Positions 1 to 9,129 of a DNA stretch of 55,670 nt are shown piece after piece; within the stretch, counting starts at the first letter, position 1; every line of letters begins with the position of its first letter. The notes below the pieces were generated by a model. The model had not been told where the DNA came from. It was given only the letters and a program-made list of their open reading frames with translations, and made no database searches. Made by a program: the position numbers and the translations under genes. The stretch comes from a virus (lineage: Duplodnaviria; Caudoviricetes): IMG/VR virus record IMGVR_UViG_3300027491_000004, positions 1 to 55,670 of that record; one strand, 5' to 3'.

Positions 1-1197
1 ATCGCCAGCAGTATCAGCGCCTTTTACTAGATTCTTGACAGCATCAAACTTCGATACAACATTTGTGAATGCTTCCTTAACTGGCTTAAATGCATCTGCC
101 ACAAACGTAAAGAAATTCTTAACACCTGTCACCGCTGCAGTAATCTTATTTCCCGCGGCGCTTAACAGTGTTCCAACTTTAGCAACTGTCTTTTCGATAG
201 CTTTAAAGACAGGGTTGTCAGATATCAGGCGAATGTATGCTCTAAATCTAGAGATCATTCTTTCACCAGTCTTCATGAAGTTATCAAATGCAGTAGCTAT
301 ATTCTGCCCTAAACGCGAAAACATCTCAGGTAGTTTAGATGCAATCAGTCTAGGGAGCGCCTTAATTCTGCTCCATGCGCGCTCGAATGATTTGCCGAGA
401 TCATCTATGAATTTGCCAATTGCTTTACCGAGCTTTGACTCCTTCACCATCTTGATAATGTTTTTAAAGATAGAGCCCAGTTCCTTTGCAAGTCCAATGA
501 TGAAACCACTTGCTGCACCCAGCAATCCAGCAACCCAACCCATCAGTCCTAATTTACCATCTTCGTCTTTGTCCTTATCTTTCTTTTCTTCTGGTGGCCG
601 CTTTGTTAATTTTTCAAGCAGCGCCATGAATTCTCGCCGATTTTCTTCTTCTTGCTGACGACGAGCGTTTGCAAGTTCCGAATCCTGCACCATCATATTA
701 GCAATAAAACCAATATCATTAGCAATTGCTACGATTGGACGGTATAAGTCAATTACAATTGAAGATGTGGCAAATGATGTCCCCTTGATATCCACCAAGG
801 AGCTTAGTATCTTATCAAATATTGCGACATCAAGTTTAGATTCTTCTTTTTCTTCGGCTGCTGGCGCTGCAGCTACAGCCGCCGCGATAGGAATAGATGT
901 CGGGGCCGCCTTTGCCAAGAAATCAGAAATGTCTGTCGCTATCATTTCAGTCCATGTTGAGACATCATTCATCTCAATACGGAGCTTTTCCATCTTTTCT
1001 GTTAACTTCTTCAACCCATCACTCGATGACTTAGCTGCCTTGCTTGATGTCGTTGATCCGCGTTTCTTTGCGGCAGGTGCTTTCTTTGATGCTGCCGCTC
1101 TTGTTTCTACTACAGGTGCAGCGGTGGGCGTGATGGACGAGGCCGTAACATCGGGCGATGATACTATCGGATCTGTTGTCTTTTTTGTCTCGTCCAT
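1..1197 (-). CDS. Probable tape measure / tail-length determinant (gp29-like), N-terminal part; runs off the window start
   Basis: Missing from the ORF track because its stop lies outside the window. Hand translation from ATG at 1197 gives MDETKKTTDPIVSSPDV..., a charged coiled-coil stretch (ARRQQEEENRREF), a hydrophobic segment (GLMGWVAGLLGAASGFIIGL) and Lys/Phe amphipathic helices. It lies directly downstream of gp26/gp51-like. Confidence 0.7.
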   Translation of the reverse strand, partial: MDETKKTTDPIVSSPDVTASSITPTAAPVVETRAAASKKAPAAKKRGSTTSSKAAKSSSDGLKKLTEKMEKLRIEMNDVSTWTEMIATDISDFLAKAAPTSIPIAAAVAAAPAAEEKEESKLDVAIFDKILSSLVDIKGTSFATSSIVIDLYRPIVAIANDIGFIANMMVQDSELANARRQQEEENRREFMALLEKLTKRPPEEKKDKDKDEDGKLGLMGWVAGLLGAASGFIIGLAKELGSIFKNIIKMVKESKLGKAIGKFIDDLGKSFERAWSRIKALPRLIASKLPEMFSRLGQNIATAFDNFMKTGERMISRFRAYIRLISDNPVFKAIEKTVAKVGTLLSAAGNKITAAVTGVKNFFTFVADAFKPVKEAFTNVVSKFDAVKNLVKGADTAGD

Positions 1198-1203
1198 CGT
1201 AGT

Positions 1204-1341
1204 TTACTTTTTAGAATTGAGCTTTTGAATTCTTTCGTTTTCCTGCTTAACGTGTTCCGATAGCAGGTGAACGTAGATTTCCCTCTCCCATGGCAGCATG
1301 TCCTCAAGCTCTGTTAAACTGTAGTGGTGATGCTGCATCAT
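1204..1341 (-). CDS. gp51: Small baseplate hub assembly catalyst (cyanomyovirus gp51-like); probably made as a -1 frameshift extension of gp26
   Basis: Hand translation MMQHHHYSLTELEDMLPWEREIYVHLLSEHVKQENERIQKLNSKK* carries the YSLTELE-M-PWER motif. The frame stays open and homologous-looking upstream of the first ATG (LSHDNLLNYYQTNFA) as far as the gp26 stop. Confidence 0.8.
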   Translation of the reverse strand: MMQHHHYSLTELEDMLPWEREIYVHLLSEHVKQENERIQKLNSKK

Positions 1342-1388
1342 TGCAAAATTAGTCTGATAATAGTTCAGAAGATTGTCGTGAGAGAGGG

Positions 1389-2090
1389 CTAGTTGAAAAA
1401 ATTCTGCAAACCTGAGATCTCAAATTCGTTTTCCTTCTTGCACTTTTCGCACTTGAACTTGATGTCCATTTGTAGCTTAGGCATGCTGGAAATGAATTCC
1501 TGAATCTTCAGAAATTGTGCCTGATTCAGCGAATCTACGAATTCGGCAAGTTCTTCACGCTTATGCTCTGCCGCGTGATATACTCCGTCCTTATCGTAGA
1601 TCGTATCGATGCAGGCGATGATGACGTTGGTGATAGCTTCTGGCGTAAGCTTAGTATCCTGGTCAGAAAGAAAGTCAGCCTTTGGATAGTTCAGCGTGAT
1701 ACCGACTTCGTCATTTAGCTGAATCTTCTTTTCGACCTTTTCAGGAAACTGTACTTGTACCTCATCGAGATTGATCTCAATCTTATTGACGGCCTCACAG
1801 TGTTTGCACTTGATGCCCACACGAGAAACTTCACCAACAGATTTAGAACGCAGCTTGAGGAACAAGTATTCGAGGTCGAACGTACACAACTTGTCAGGAT
1901 CAATCTTATTAAAAGTACAAGAAGAAACAATGTCCTTCATTGCTGTCATGATCTGCGAGTTGCTCTTTGACTCGAGTGCGATCATCAGTATCTTTTCTTC
2001 CTTGACTAGGTAAGGACGGTACATGACAGTCTTTCCAGTCGATGGAATCTTCACTTCATATTTTGGTATATCGATTTTAGGTAGTGCCAT
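1389..2090 (-). CDS. gp26: Baseplate hub assembly protein, T4 gp26-like
   Basis: MALPKIDIPKYEVKIPSTGKTVMYRPYLVKEEKILMIA start, DLEYLFLKLRSKSVGE, two CxxC pairs and a GLQNFF end, all typical of the family. Confidence 0.9.
   Translation of the reverse strand: MALPKIDIPKYEVKIPSTGKTVMYRPYLVKEEKILMIALESKSNSQIMTAMKDIVSSCTFNKIDPDKLCTFDLEYLFLKLRSKSVGEVSRVGIKCKHCEAVNKIEINLDEVQVQFPEKVEKKIQLNDEVGITLNYPKADFLSDQDTKLTPEAITNVIIACIDTIYDKDGVYHAAEHKREELAEFVDSLNQAQFLKIQEFISSMPKLQMDIKFKCEKCKKENEFEISGLQNFFN
1395..1401 (-). promoter_or_regulatory. Candidate -1 ribosomal frameshift slippery heptamer T TTT TTC
   Basis: The minus strand reads CAG AAT TTT TTC AAC TAG, and the -1 frame continues TTT TTT CAA CTA GCC CTC TCT CAC GAC into the gp51-like frame. 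Confidence 0.65.
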
Positions 2091-2108
2091 AATAATTACG
2101 GGTTAAAT

Positions 2109-2630
2109 TCAATTCACTTCATAGTCAGTAAATGCCATAGTAACTGTCATCTTCTGCACTGAATTCTCTGCAGCATTATCGAAGCCAATTGCGCTTACAG
2201 TAATTGGAAATGCTTCTTTTAGCTTTACTTCGTAGACAACAGTATTCTCTTTGTCAAGTTGCTGAATAACAACATCGGCCGAATAATCGTTCTTGTATGC
2301 TGCTCTATATCGATTGACGTTTAATACTGTGTCAAGCCATGATTCAAATATTCTCTTCATCGAATATTGATTTGTCAGCAAGAACGTAAATACCACTTCC
2401 TCGTTCATATAACCAGTTGGCATTTTTTCTGTCTGGCGCAACAAGCCGTAATCGGCAGTCAATATTTGCTTTCCTGGAAAGCTTGCATTTTCGCAGAGGA
2501 TAGTAAATTCTTGTGGAATCGATGCAATGCCTCGAGGAGGAGTCATAATGACGTTGAACCGATTTGTAGCAGCAAGACCGTTGCCTCGCGAGATAGCTGC
2601 CTTTAGATCGTTAATAGAATTCAGCGCCAT
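2109..2630 (-). CDS. Tail tube-fold protein (baseplate tail-tube initiator, gp54/gp19-like)
   Basis: GLAATNRFNV, CENASFPG, FESWLD, IQQLD, LKEAFPITVS and TVTMAF motifs; sits between gp2 and gp26. Confidence 0.75.
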   Translation of the reverse strand: MALNSINDLKAAISRGNGLAATNRFNVIMTPPRGIASIPQEFTILCENASFPGKQILTADYGLLRQTEKMPTGYMNEEVVFTFLLTNQYSMKRIFESWLDTVLNVNRYRAAYKNDYSADVVIQQLDKENTVVYEVKLKEAFPITVSAIGFDNAAENSVQKMTVTMAFTDYEVN

Positions 2631-2632
2631 AA

Positions 2633-3229
2633 TTATGCCTTTTGGTAAATTGACTTAGAGTCTCGCCAGACAGCAGCCTTTTGAGCACCCTTGAAATGTT
2701 CTGTGGGCAGAAAGATTGCTGTTTCCCAGTCTGGAGCCATGATCTGCGCTGGGCGCGACTTCATCTGCTCAAACAAATAATGCTTTAAACACGGAGCAAA
2801 GTAACGCATCTTTCTTGCTCTGTTCAGCAATTCATATCGAACTCTTAACCGAGTTCGTTCTGTCAAAACATCATCAGAAATTGTTTCAAGCAGACGATCT
2901 AGAAATATTGCACGAATGCGCGGGTGTAAGTAATGCAGATTCATCCCCAGAAATCCGCCCGGTGCTGGCGCAAGCATAATGACAAGCGGAAACCTATCAA
3001 AGTATGGCAGCGTTTCTTTGTACTTTGCATCATAAAGGAACATATACATGAATCCCCATTTTGGAAGATTCTGTTGTTTGACCTCTGTGTCTCTGAGTAA
3101 CTTATTGCGATTGATGCGACCGTTGAGTTCTTTGACTCTTTCTACGAACCAGTCTCTCGCCTCTTTCGAGCGAGCAGCATAACCAGTGCCCTGAAGCTCC
3201 TGGCGAAGCGATGAGAATAGTGATGGCAT
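2633..3229 (-). CDS. gp2: DNA end protector protein
   Basis: MYMFLYDAKYKETLPYFDRFPLV, GFLGMNLHYL, CLKHYL and WETAIFLPTEHF motifs of the T4 gp2 family. Confidence 0.93.
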   Translation of the reverse strand: MPSLFSSLRQELQGTGYAARSKEARDWFVERVKELNGRINRNKLLRDTEVKQQNLPKWGFMYMFLYDAKYKETLPYFDRFPLVIMLAPAPGGFLGMNLHYLHPRIRAIFLDRLLETISDDVLTERTRLRVRYELLNRARKMRYFAPCLKHYLFEQMKSRPAQIMAPDWETAIFLPTEHFKGAQKAAVWRDSKSIYQKA

Positions 3230-3238
3230 CGTGGCATC

Positions 3239-3246
3239 TATTTATA
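3239..3246 (-). promoter_or_regulatory. T4-type late promoter TATAAATA upstream of gp2
   Basis: TATTTATA on the plus strand, in the gp4-gp2 gap. Confidence 0.8.
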
Positions 3247-3254
3247 GCCCATCT

Positions 3255-3695
3255 TCAAAGTATTTTAATCCCCAGTCCTTTCAGCGTTTCCTCAGTCCAT
3301 ACCTCAAACTTCCATCCTCTGTCAAGTGCATAAGCATTTGCAGCCTCCCACTTACTGATGTTTTTAGCGTATGTCATTACCTCAGTAATATACTTGCGCG
3401 TTTTCTTACCTGGGTTCTTAGGTGGCTGCGATTCTTTCTTAGGCTTGATTTCGACAAGCAGTATGCGACCATCAGTAAACTCGATCTTTGCATCGACAAA
3501 GTAACGGTGAATCCGGCCATCTGTTTTGCAGCGGTATGGCACAATTACTTCTTCTGATGACCATGTCTTTACAAAGTCTGCACAATCTAGCCAACGAAAC
3601 AGTTGTCGCTCCCACAGAGATCGATACACAATATTGGTAATATCGCCTCGATACTTTGATGGATTCTGCGGTGAGAATTTACCCTTGTAAGACAT
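3255..3695 (-). CDS. gp4: Head completion nuclease
   Basis: YKGKFSPQNPSKYRGD, IVYRSLWE, WSSEE, HRYFVD, EIKP and KWEAA motifs (TnsA-like PD-(D/E)xK fold). Confidence 0.95.
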   Translation of the reverse strand: MSYKGKFSPQNPSKYRGDITNIVYRSLWERQLFRWLDCADFVKTWSSEEVIVPYRCKTDGRIHRYFVDAKIEFTDGRILLVEIKPKKESQPPKNPGKKTRKYITEVMTYAKNISKWEAANAYALDRGWKFEVWTEETLKGLGIKIL

Positions 3696-3734
3696 ATAAA
3701 TAGTTTGATTCCTCGAGTCTTCTAACTATTTATG
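3695..3734. promoter_or_regulatory. Overlapping divergent late promoters
   Basis: TATAAATA at 3695-3702 (+, toward gp48) and CATAAATA at 3727-3734 (-, toward gp4). Each overlaps the start codon of the opposite gene. Confidence 0.7.
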
Positions 3735-4583
3735 CCCTCTAATTCAGAATCTAGTTTGCAGAATATTGCGGCTGCAGCCACGAATATACTAGAGAACTCC
3801 GGTGCTCGAGTAACTGCCGAGGCGCGTGCTGTTAGAAACATCGAAAGATACACCACAGCTGGAAGTTCGGGTATATTCGTTTTTCCTTCTAATATGCGTA
3901 ATAGCTCTGCAGGTTATCCTCATATGGCATTCCGCACTGGATCAAGTTATATTTACTTTCCAATTCCAGCCGGCCTAACATTTTCAGATCAGGCTGAATA
4001 TTCGTCGGTTGACCTAGGTTTGCTTGGTATAGAAATTGACAAAGGTATGGGGCCTACTGCAGGACAAGGAGCAGGCAAAGCGGTTGGCGTTACTGCTGGT
4101 ATTGGCGCTTCAATTCTTGCTAAAGCAAAAGGATATCAAAAGACTTCAGATGCACTTACGCTAGGCACTGGGAGACTGATGTCGCCAAATAAAAGAACTT
4201 CGTTTCAGGGAATGTCAATTCGTACATTTGAGTTTGCATTTAAGATGATGGCCAAAAATGAATCAGATGCCAAGATGATTCGTGATATCAATACTATTTT
4301 TCGTCTGAACATTTATCCAAGTACAGAATTGGGCGGCGCAATTCTCAATTTTCCGCCTACTTGGTCAATTAAGTTTTACAATATAAACGGTTTAGAAAAC
4401 ACACACATTCCTAGAATTTATGATGAGTGCTTTTTGACTGCAGTAAATTCAACTTATAATGCTGGCTCAAATCTATTTCATCCTGACGGATCACCCGTTG
4501 AAGTAGACATTTCGTTAAGGTTTGAAGAGGCCAAGGCTCTGACGCGCGACGATCTATACAGACTTGCTGATTATTCATCTTAA
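3732..4583 (+). CDS. gp48: Baseplate tail-tube cap, gp48-like
   Basis: IYFPIP, FQGMSIRTFEFAFKM, I..IFR...YP, CFLTAV..TY and ISLRFEE..LTRDD motifs; precedes gp53. Confidence 0.8.
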   Translation: MPSNSESSLQNIAAAATNILENSGARVTAEARAVRNIERYTTAGSSGIFVFPSNMRNSSAGYPHMAFRTGSSYIYFPIPAGLTFSDQAEYSSVDLGLLGIEIDKGMGPTAGQGAGKAVGVTAGIGASILAKAKGYQKTSDALTLGTGRLMSPNKRTSFQGMSIRTFEFAFKMMAKNESDAKMIRDINTIFRLNIYPSTELGGAILNFPPTWSIKFYNINGLENTHIPRIYDECFLTAVNSTYNAGSNLFHPDGSPVEVDISLRFEEAKALTRDDLYRLADYSS

Positions 4584-4588
4584 AGCAT

Positions 4589-5398
4589 ATGCCATTCTTT
4601 CGTCAGTTTCCAAAAACTAATTACGATTTCTTTAATCGAGGAGTCAATTATGAAATTGTAGATTTCTTTAGGTATGTTAATGCAGACCTTGCACTGCTTG
4701 ATGATGTTTCCGTATACTCATACTATAAAGTTCAAAATGGCGAGCGACCGGATGTAGTATCGATGAAACTATATGGAACACCAGAGTACTATTGGACATT
4801 CTTTATTATTAATGACCATCTTAAATCTGGGTTGGCAAATTGGCCAATGTCCCCAGAGGTGTTTGAGGATTACATGAAGGAAGAGTACGGTGGATATGCT
4901 ATTAGTTCTAAGGTCGATGTCGTTGTAAATTTAGATGGTGAAAAATTAGCAACGAACACGCTTGCAAATGAATTTCCTATAGGCACTCCTGTATCTGCCA
5001 CTCATGAAGGAATCACTACCGCAACGGGAATAGTATACGCCAGAAATACTCAATTGGCTCAGCTCATAATCAAAGATGTCGTTGAGTTAACTAATCCTCC
5101 ATTTGTTGAAACTGGTAGAATTATAAGTGATACGCATGAATTACGAATTGAGGAGTGGACAGAATTTAGAAATGCAGTTCATCACTACGAAGATGCGGAA
5201 GGCAATATATCTTATGATCCATATTATTTTGACTCCGTAGAAGTAGAAGGAAATTTAGAAAATCTTAATTTGACTCCTGTTAAGAATTATGAATATGAAA
5301 GCAAACTGAATGACGAGCGCGCTGACATTCGAATCATCAAGCCATCGCTCATCAATCAGTTTGCGCACCAGTATCGCACTCTGATCAATGCTAACTAA
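4589..5398 (+). CDS. gp53: Baseplate wedge subunit (LysM-like)
   Basis: FFRQFP start, GERPDVVSMKLYGTPEYYWTFFIIN, WPMS and NYEYE..LNDE...IRIIKP motifs. Confidence 0.9.
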   Translation: MPFFRQFPKTNYDFFNRGVNYEIVDFFRYVNADLALLDDVSVYSYYKVQNGERPDVVSMKLYGTPEYYWTFFIINDHLKSGLANWPMSPEVFEDYMKEEYGGYAISSKVDVVVNLDGEKLATNTLANEFPIGTPVSATHEGITTATGIVYARNTQLAQLIIKDVVELTNPPFVETGRIISDTHELRIEEWTEFRNAVHHYEDAEGNISYDPYYFDSVEVEGNLENLNLTPVKNYEYESKLNDERADIRIIKPSLINQFAHQYRTLINAN

Positions 5399-6794
5399 TG
5401 TCAATCTTTCTCCCGGAGGTTCTTCCGGTGTTAATCCGTCTGCGTATCGGATCAACAAGATTATACTGACTAACCACGGTGGAAGAGAAGTAGACATTGC
5501 TGGTTTAGTCACTGATTTCTTTATTACCGAAAGCATTTATTCTCCATTTCTGGCGCTTGAAATGAATGTCAGGGATGATGTTAACTTCATCGAGGAATAC
5601 CAGATATCTGGTCAAGAAAAGATTCTCGTGTCATTCTCAAAAAACGAATATCAAGAAGACATTTTTCCAGAAGAAGGTTATCTTGATGAGGTAACTATCG
5701 AACATACATTTATTGCAACTGAATATCCGGTATTTGCTAAAGCATCAAATAACCGCTCGCAAGCATTTGTAATTCGCGCAATTTCTCCTCATGCATATCT
5801 TGCTAAATTTAAAAAGATATCTCGAGCATATAACGATAACGCAGTTAATATTATTAAAAACATTTTAGTTAATGATCTAGGATACGAAGAGAATAAGATT
5901 ATTGTATCAAACCTTTCCTCGCCTCAGATGCGAGTAATTATTCCTTATCTTGATCCACTGAGTGCGATCGCATGGATATTGCGCCGCAGCTTTGATGAAA
6001 ATTCTGCACCTATATTTTGCTACGAAACACTATCAGATAAACTGATGATTCAGTCATACTCTGATTTTGTATCCTCAAATAACTATCCTCATCGGGAATA
6101 TAGAGAAGGTAAGTTTTTTACAAATGAGTTATTCGATGACCATACGCAGGCATATCTGCAAATGTCCTCGAGAATTCTTGGAATATCTTCTGATATCCAC
6201 TTATCTAAATTTGTGCCGGGATCACAAGGCGCGTATTCAAGTAGCACAAAATATGTAGATATAGCAAAGAAATACTTTTACGAAGATGCTTTTGATTATA
6301 TCAGCGAATTTGATTCGATGGTATGGATTGATAAAGGTAAATCAATCTCATCAATGTTTAAAGTTATGCCAAATGAGCGATCATTAAATGAATATGATGA
6401 GTCTCATGTTAATAACATTTCGCTCAATACATTATCTTATGACGCTACTTCTGGTGAAGTAAATTATCATCAGTCGACCACAGGAAATACACTGAACAAA
6501 GCTATTTCTTATATTGAAAATTTAGATTCGATTGTGCATGAACTACAGCTTTACGGAGACGCACTCATGCGTTCTGGCAAATGTGTCAATATACAGCTCG
6601 TAAAGCCTCAAGATCCCGATGTTGAAATAAGAGAAGACAAAGCCAAGGGCGGACAATCAAAAGATGAATTTTTATCTGGCCGCTATATTGTTACTGGAGT
6701 AAAGCATTCATTTGGAAACGAGTATTTCATGCAGATTAGAATAAAGAAGGATTCCTTCTCTTATATTTTTGAAGAATACGATGAATACGATTGA
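5388..6794 (+). CDS. Probable baseplate hub protein (gp27-like)
   Basis: ITESIYSPF, ISGQEKI, FCYET and C-terminal LSGRYIVTGVKHSF...KDS; lies between gp53 and gp5. Confidence 0.7.
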   Translation: MLTNVNLSPGGSSGVNPSAYRINKIILTNHGGREVDIAGLVTDFFITESIYSPFLALEMNVRDDVNFIEEYQISGQEKILVSFSKNEYQEDIFPEEGYLDEVTIEHTFIATEYPVFAKASNNRSQAFVIRAISPHAYLAKFKKISRAYNDNAVNIIKNILVNDLGYEENKIIVSNLSSPQMRVIIPYLDPLSAIAWILRRSFDENSAPIFCYETLSDKLMIQSYSDFVSSNNYPHREYREGKFFTNELFDDHTQAYLQMSSRILGISSDIHLSKFVPGSQGAYSSSTKYVDIAKKYFYEDAFDYISEFDSMVWIDKGKSISSMFKVMPNERSLNEYDESHVNNISLNTLSYDATSGEVNYHQSTTGNTLNKAISYIENLDSIVHELQLYGDALMRSGKCVNIQLVKPQDPDVEIREDKAKGGQSKDEFLSGRYIVTGVKHSFGNEYFMQIRIKKDSFSYIFEEYDEYD

Positions 6795-8253
6795 CCATTT
6801 CGTAGGCGGCCATTTTAGTTGGTTTACTGGTGTTGTTGAAGACATACTTGATCCTTTGCAAATGGGGCGAGTAAGAGTAAGGTGCTTCGGTTATCATACT
6901 GCGAACAAAACAGAAATTGCTACGGAAGATCTTCCATGGGCTTCCGTGATGACGCCAATTCATTCTGCATCGATGTCAGGAATTGGTTATTCTGCAACTG
7001 GTGTGCTGCAGGGATCATGGGTCGTTGGATTTTTCCGCGACGGCCCATCTGCTCAGGATCCAATCGTGCTAGGAACTATTCCTGCTATTTCTACCGAGGT
7101 TGATCGCACAAAAGGATTTTGTGATCCGGATGAAGCTTATCCGCTTCCCGGATTAGTCGATCAACCGGATATGCCTCGAGAGTCAAGTGACAGATATAAA
7201 GATGCTCCCGCATATTCTCGTAGAAAAGATCTTCGGCAGGAAAGCATTGAAACAGCAATTCCGCCAAAGGTTGAATCAGTTGTTCCTGCAGATTCAGACA
7301 GCTATTACGAAAGAAAGACGTGGAGTGTTTGGGATGTAGATGATGTGGTAAATCCAGTTTACCCAATGAATCATTCTTATCATTCGGAGTCTGGACACGT
7401 CAAGGAAATCGACGATACTCCGTACTACGGTCGATTAATGGAAATGCATCGCTCAGGTACATATACTGAAATCAATAATGCGGGCGATAAGACTACAACT
7501 ATTGTGGGAGACAATTATGTAGTCGTGCTAGGCAACGATAACATCTATATCAAAGGCTCAGCAAATATCACAATCGATGGTGACCTAAGACAACTAATCA
7601 AGGGCAATTACCACATCGAGGTAGAAGGTAACAAGACAGAATATATTAAAGGAACGCGCCAATCAAAGATTGGTCAATCTGAGCATATCGAGATTGGTCA
7701 GGATTATGCATCAAACGTCATCAATGACAGAATCTCGCGCATCGGTGGAAATACAACAATCATTCGAGACGGAAATAAAGACGAAACGATTGCGGGAAAC
7801 TCAGATGTTCTTGTTAACGGAAATGACGGTCATATCGTAATTGGCGAACGGCAGGAATATACTGGGTCACACTTCGAATGCACTACAACTGGTCATTTGA
7901 TTGTAGTATCAAATGAGTTTATGTCGTTAAGCTCAGCATCAACGCTGGAAATGGATATTACTGGAAATGTCACGCAGATATTTGGCGCTGCGCAGACAGT
8001 AAACGTCACTGGTGCGGTATCTGAAACAATCGGTGGTAATCAATCCACGAGTGTCAGCGGTACTCAAACTATGTCGATTAGCGGTACGCAAAGTATTACT
8101 GCTTCTGTCACGAATATTGGTAATAACGTCAATGTCACCGGCGTACTTGCTGCAACATCAAACGTTACCGCAGGCGCAACATCAATTTCACTGACAACTC
8201 ACAAGCACTCTGGTGTTGCAAGCGGATTAGCATTAACTGGCCTGCCGCAATAA
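6781..8253 (+). CDS. gp5: Baseplate central spike (gp5-like), with no lysozyme domain
   Basis: OB-fold WFTGVVEDILDPLQMGRVRVRCFGYH/LPWA/GSWVVGFFRDG, YP.NH...ESGH..EIDDTP, HRSGTY, beta-helix repeats and C-terminal THKH. ATG 6781 preferred over the TTG at 6769. Confidence 0.92.
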   Translation: MNTIDHFVGGHFSWFTGVVEDILDPLQMGRVRVRCFGYHTANKTEIATEDLPWASVMTPIHSASMSGIGYSATGVLQGSWVVGFFRDGPSAQDPIVLGTIPAISTEVDRTKGFCDPDEAYPLPGLVDQPDMPRESSDRYKDAPAYSRRKDLRQESIETAIPPKVESVVPADSDSYYERKTWSVWDVDDVVNPVYPMNHSYHSESGHVKEIDDTPYYGRLMEMHRSGTYTEINNAGDKTTTIVGDNYVVVLGNDNIYIKGSANITIDGDLRQLIKGNYHIEVEGNKTEYIKGTRQSKIGQSEHIEIGQDYASNVINDRISRIGGNTTIIRDGNKDETIAGNSDVLVNGNDGHIVIGERQEYTGSHFECTTTGHLIVVSNEFMSLSSASTLEMDITGNVTQIFGAAQTVNVTGAVSETIGGNQSTSVSGTQTMSISGTQSITASVTNIGNNVNVTGVLAATSNVTAGATSISLTTHKHSGVASGLALTGLPQ

Positions 8254-8254
8254 T

Positions 8255-9115
8255 ATGCCAATCAAAATTCCAGATATACCGTCGACTCCGATTCAGGTTC
8301 CGCAGATTCCTGCTCCACCTAAGCTTCTGTGCGATGCCAATGCTGCGCTTACACAAGTTACTCAGGCAAAGAAACAGATCAAAGAACTACTTAAGAATAA
8401 AAAAGCTGCTGCTGCCACATTGCTGAGTTTAATACCAGAAGTGAACAGCGCAATGAACGATGTTAAGGCTATTCAAGAAACCGTAGTATCGTTTCAGTCG
8501 GAATTAAAAGCAATATCGACATCTAAAGATCCGGTACAAATTGCGCAGTTTATTGAAAAGTGGTCTGGATCTGTAAAGGGGCTTACTTCACTGGTTGCAC
8601 AAGCGCAGTCAATTGCAAGAGATCCGCGGGCTATATTTGATTACTGCACCGATGCTCCTAACTTTAATTTGAATCCGCTAACAGGCAAAATAAAACTGGG
8701 ATCATTAGCGGCGGTCATACCGAATACGAATCCAGCTGCAGCAGAATCACTGGTTAATAGTGTGATCGACAATACAAAGAAAGTAACATCTGGTGCGTCC
8801 GGTGCTACCTTTTCTGATATCAGAAAATACACGACCAGCGTGTCGGCAAAGATTAATGCGGTTGCTAAAACAATCACCGATCCGCGCGCGAGAAACAAAT
8901 TGCTTACTTATGCGGATAGAAAAACGGCAGCAATTGGTGGAGTATTACCTGAAGAAAACGTCGAGGCATACAGAGACAATATTGTATCGGACTCCGAGCA
9001 TCCGGAGGATGCCAGCCTTGAAGGTAAATTGGACCAAATCGATGCTATACTGAAAGAAGAAGAAACTGTAGTTGCTCCATACGCCCGATATGTGCAAAAC
9101 GAGAGTCAGGATTAA
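8255..9115 (+). CDS. Hypothetical protein (Pro-rich N-terminus, helical/coiled-coil)
   Basis: 286-aa ORF tightly packed between gp5 and gp25; no family recognised. Confidence 0.75.
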   Translation: MPIKIPDIPSTPIQVPQIPAPPKLLCDANAALTQVTQAKKQIKELLKNKKAAAATLLSLIPEVNSAMNDVKAIQETVVSFQSELKAISTSKDPVQIAQFIEKWSGSVKGLTSLVAQAQSIARDPRAIFDYCTDAPNFNLNPLTGKIKLGSLAAVIPNTNPAAAESLVNSVIDNTKKVTSGASGATFSDIRKYTTSVSAKINAVAKTITDPRARNKLLTYADRKTAAIGGVLPEENVEAYRDNIVSDSEHPEDASLEGKLDQIDAILKEEETVVAPYARYVQNESQD

Positions 9116-9129
9116 GCCTAGGAATTCCT

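Noticed and set aside
830-900. AAAVAAAPAAEEKEES resembling a ribosomal stalk (L7/L12 or P-protein) hinge
   Set aside because: Short low-complexity linker with no flanking ribosomal-protein similarity.
35-1228. Plus-strand ORFs 35..658 and 767..1228
   Set aside because: Antisense shadows of the minus-strand tape-measure-like gene, which fits the operon and has sensible composition.
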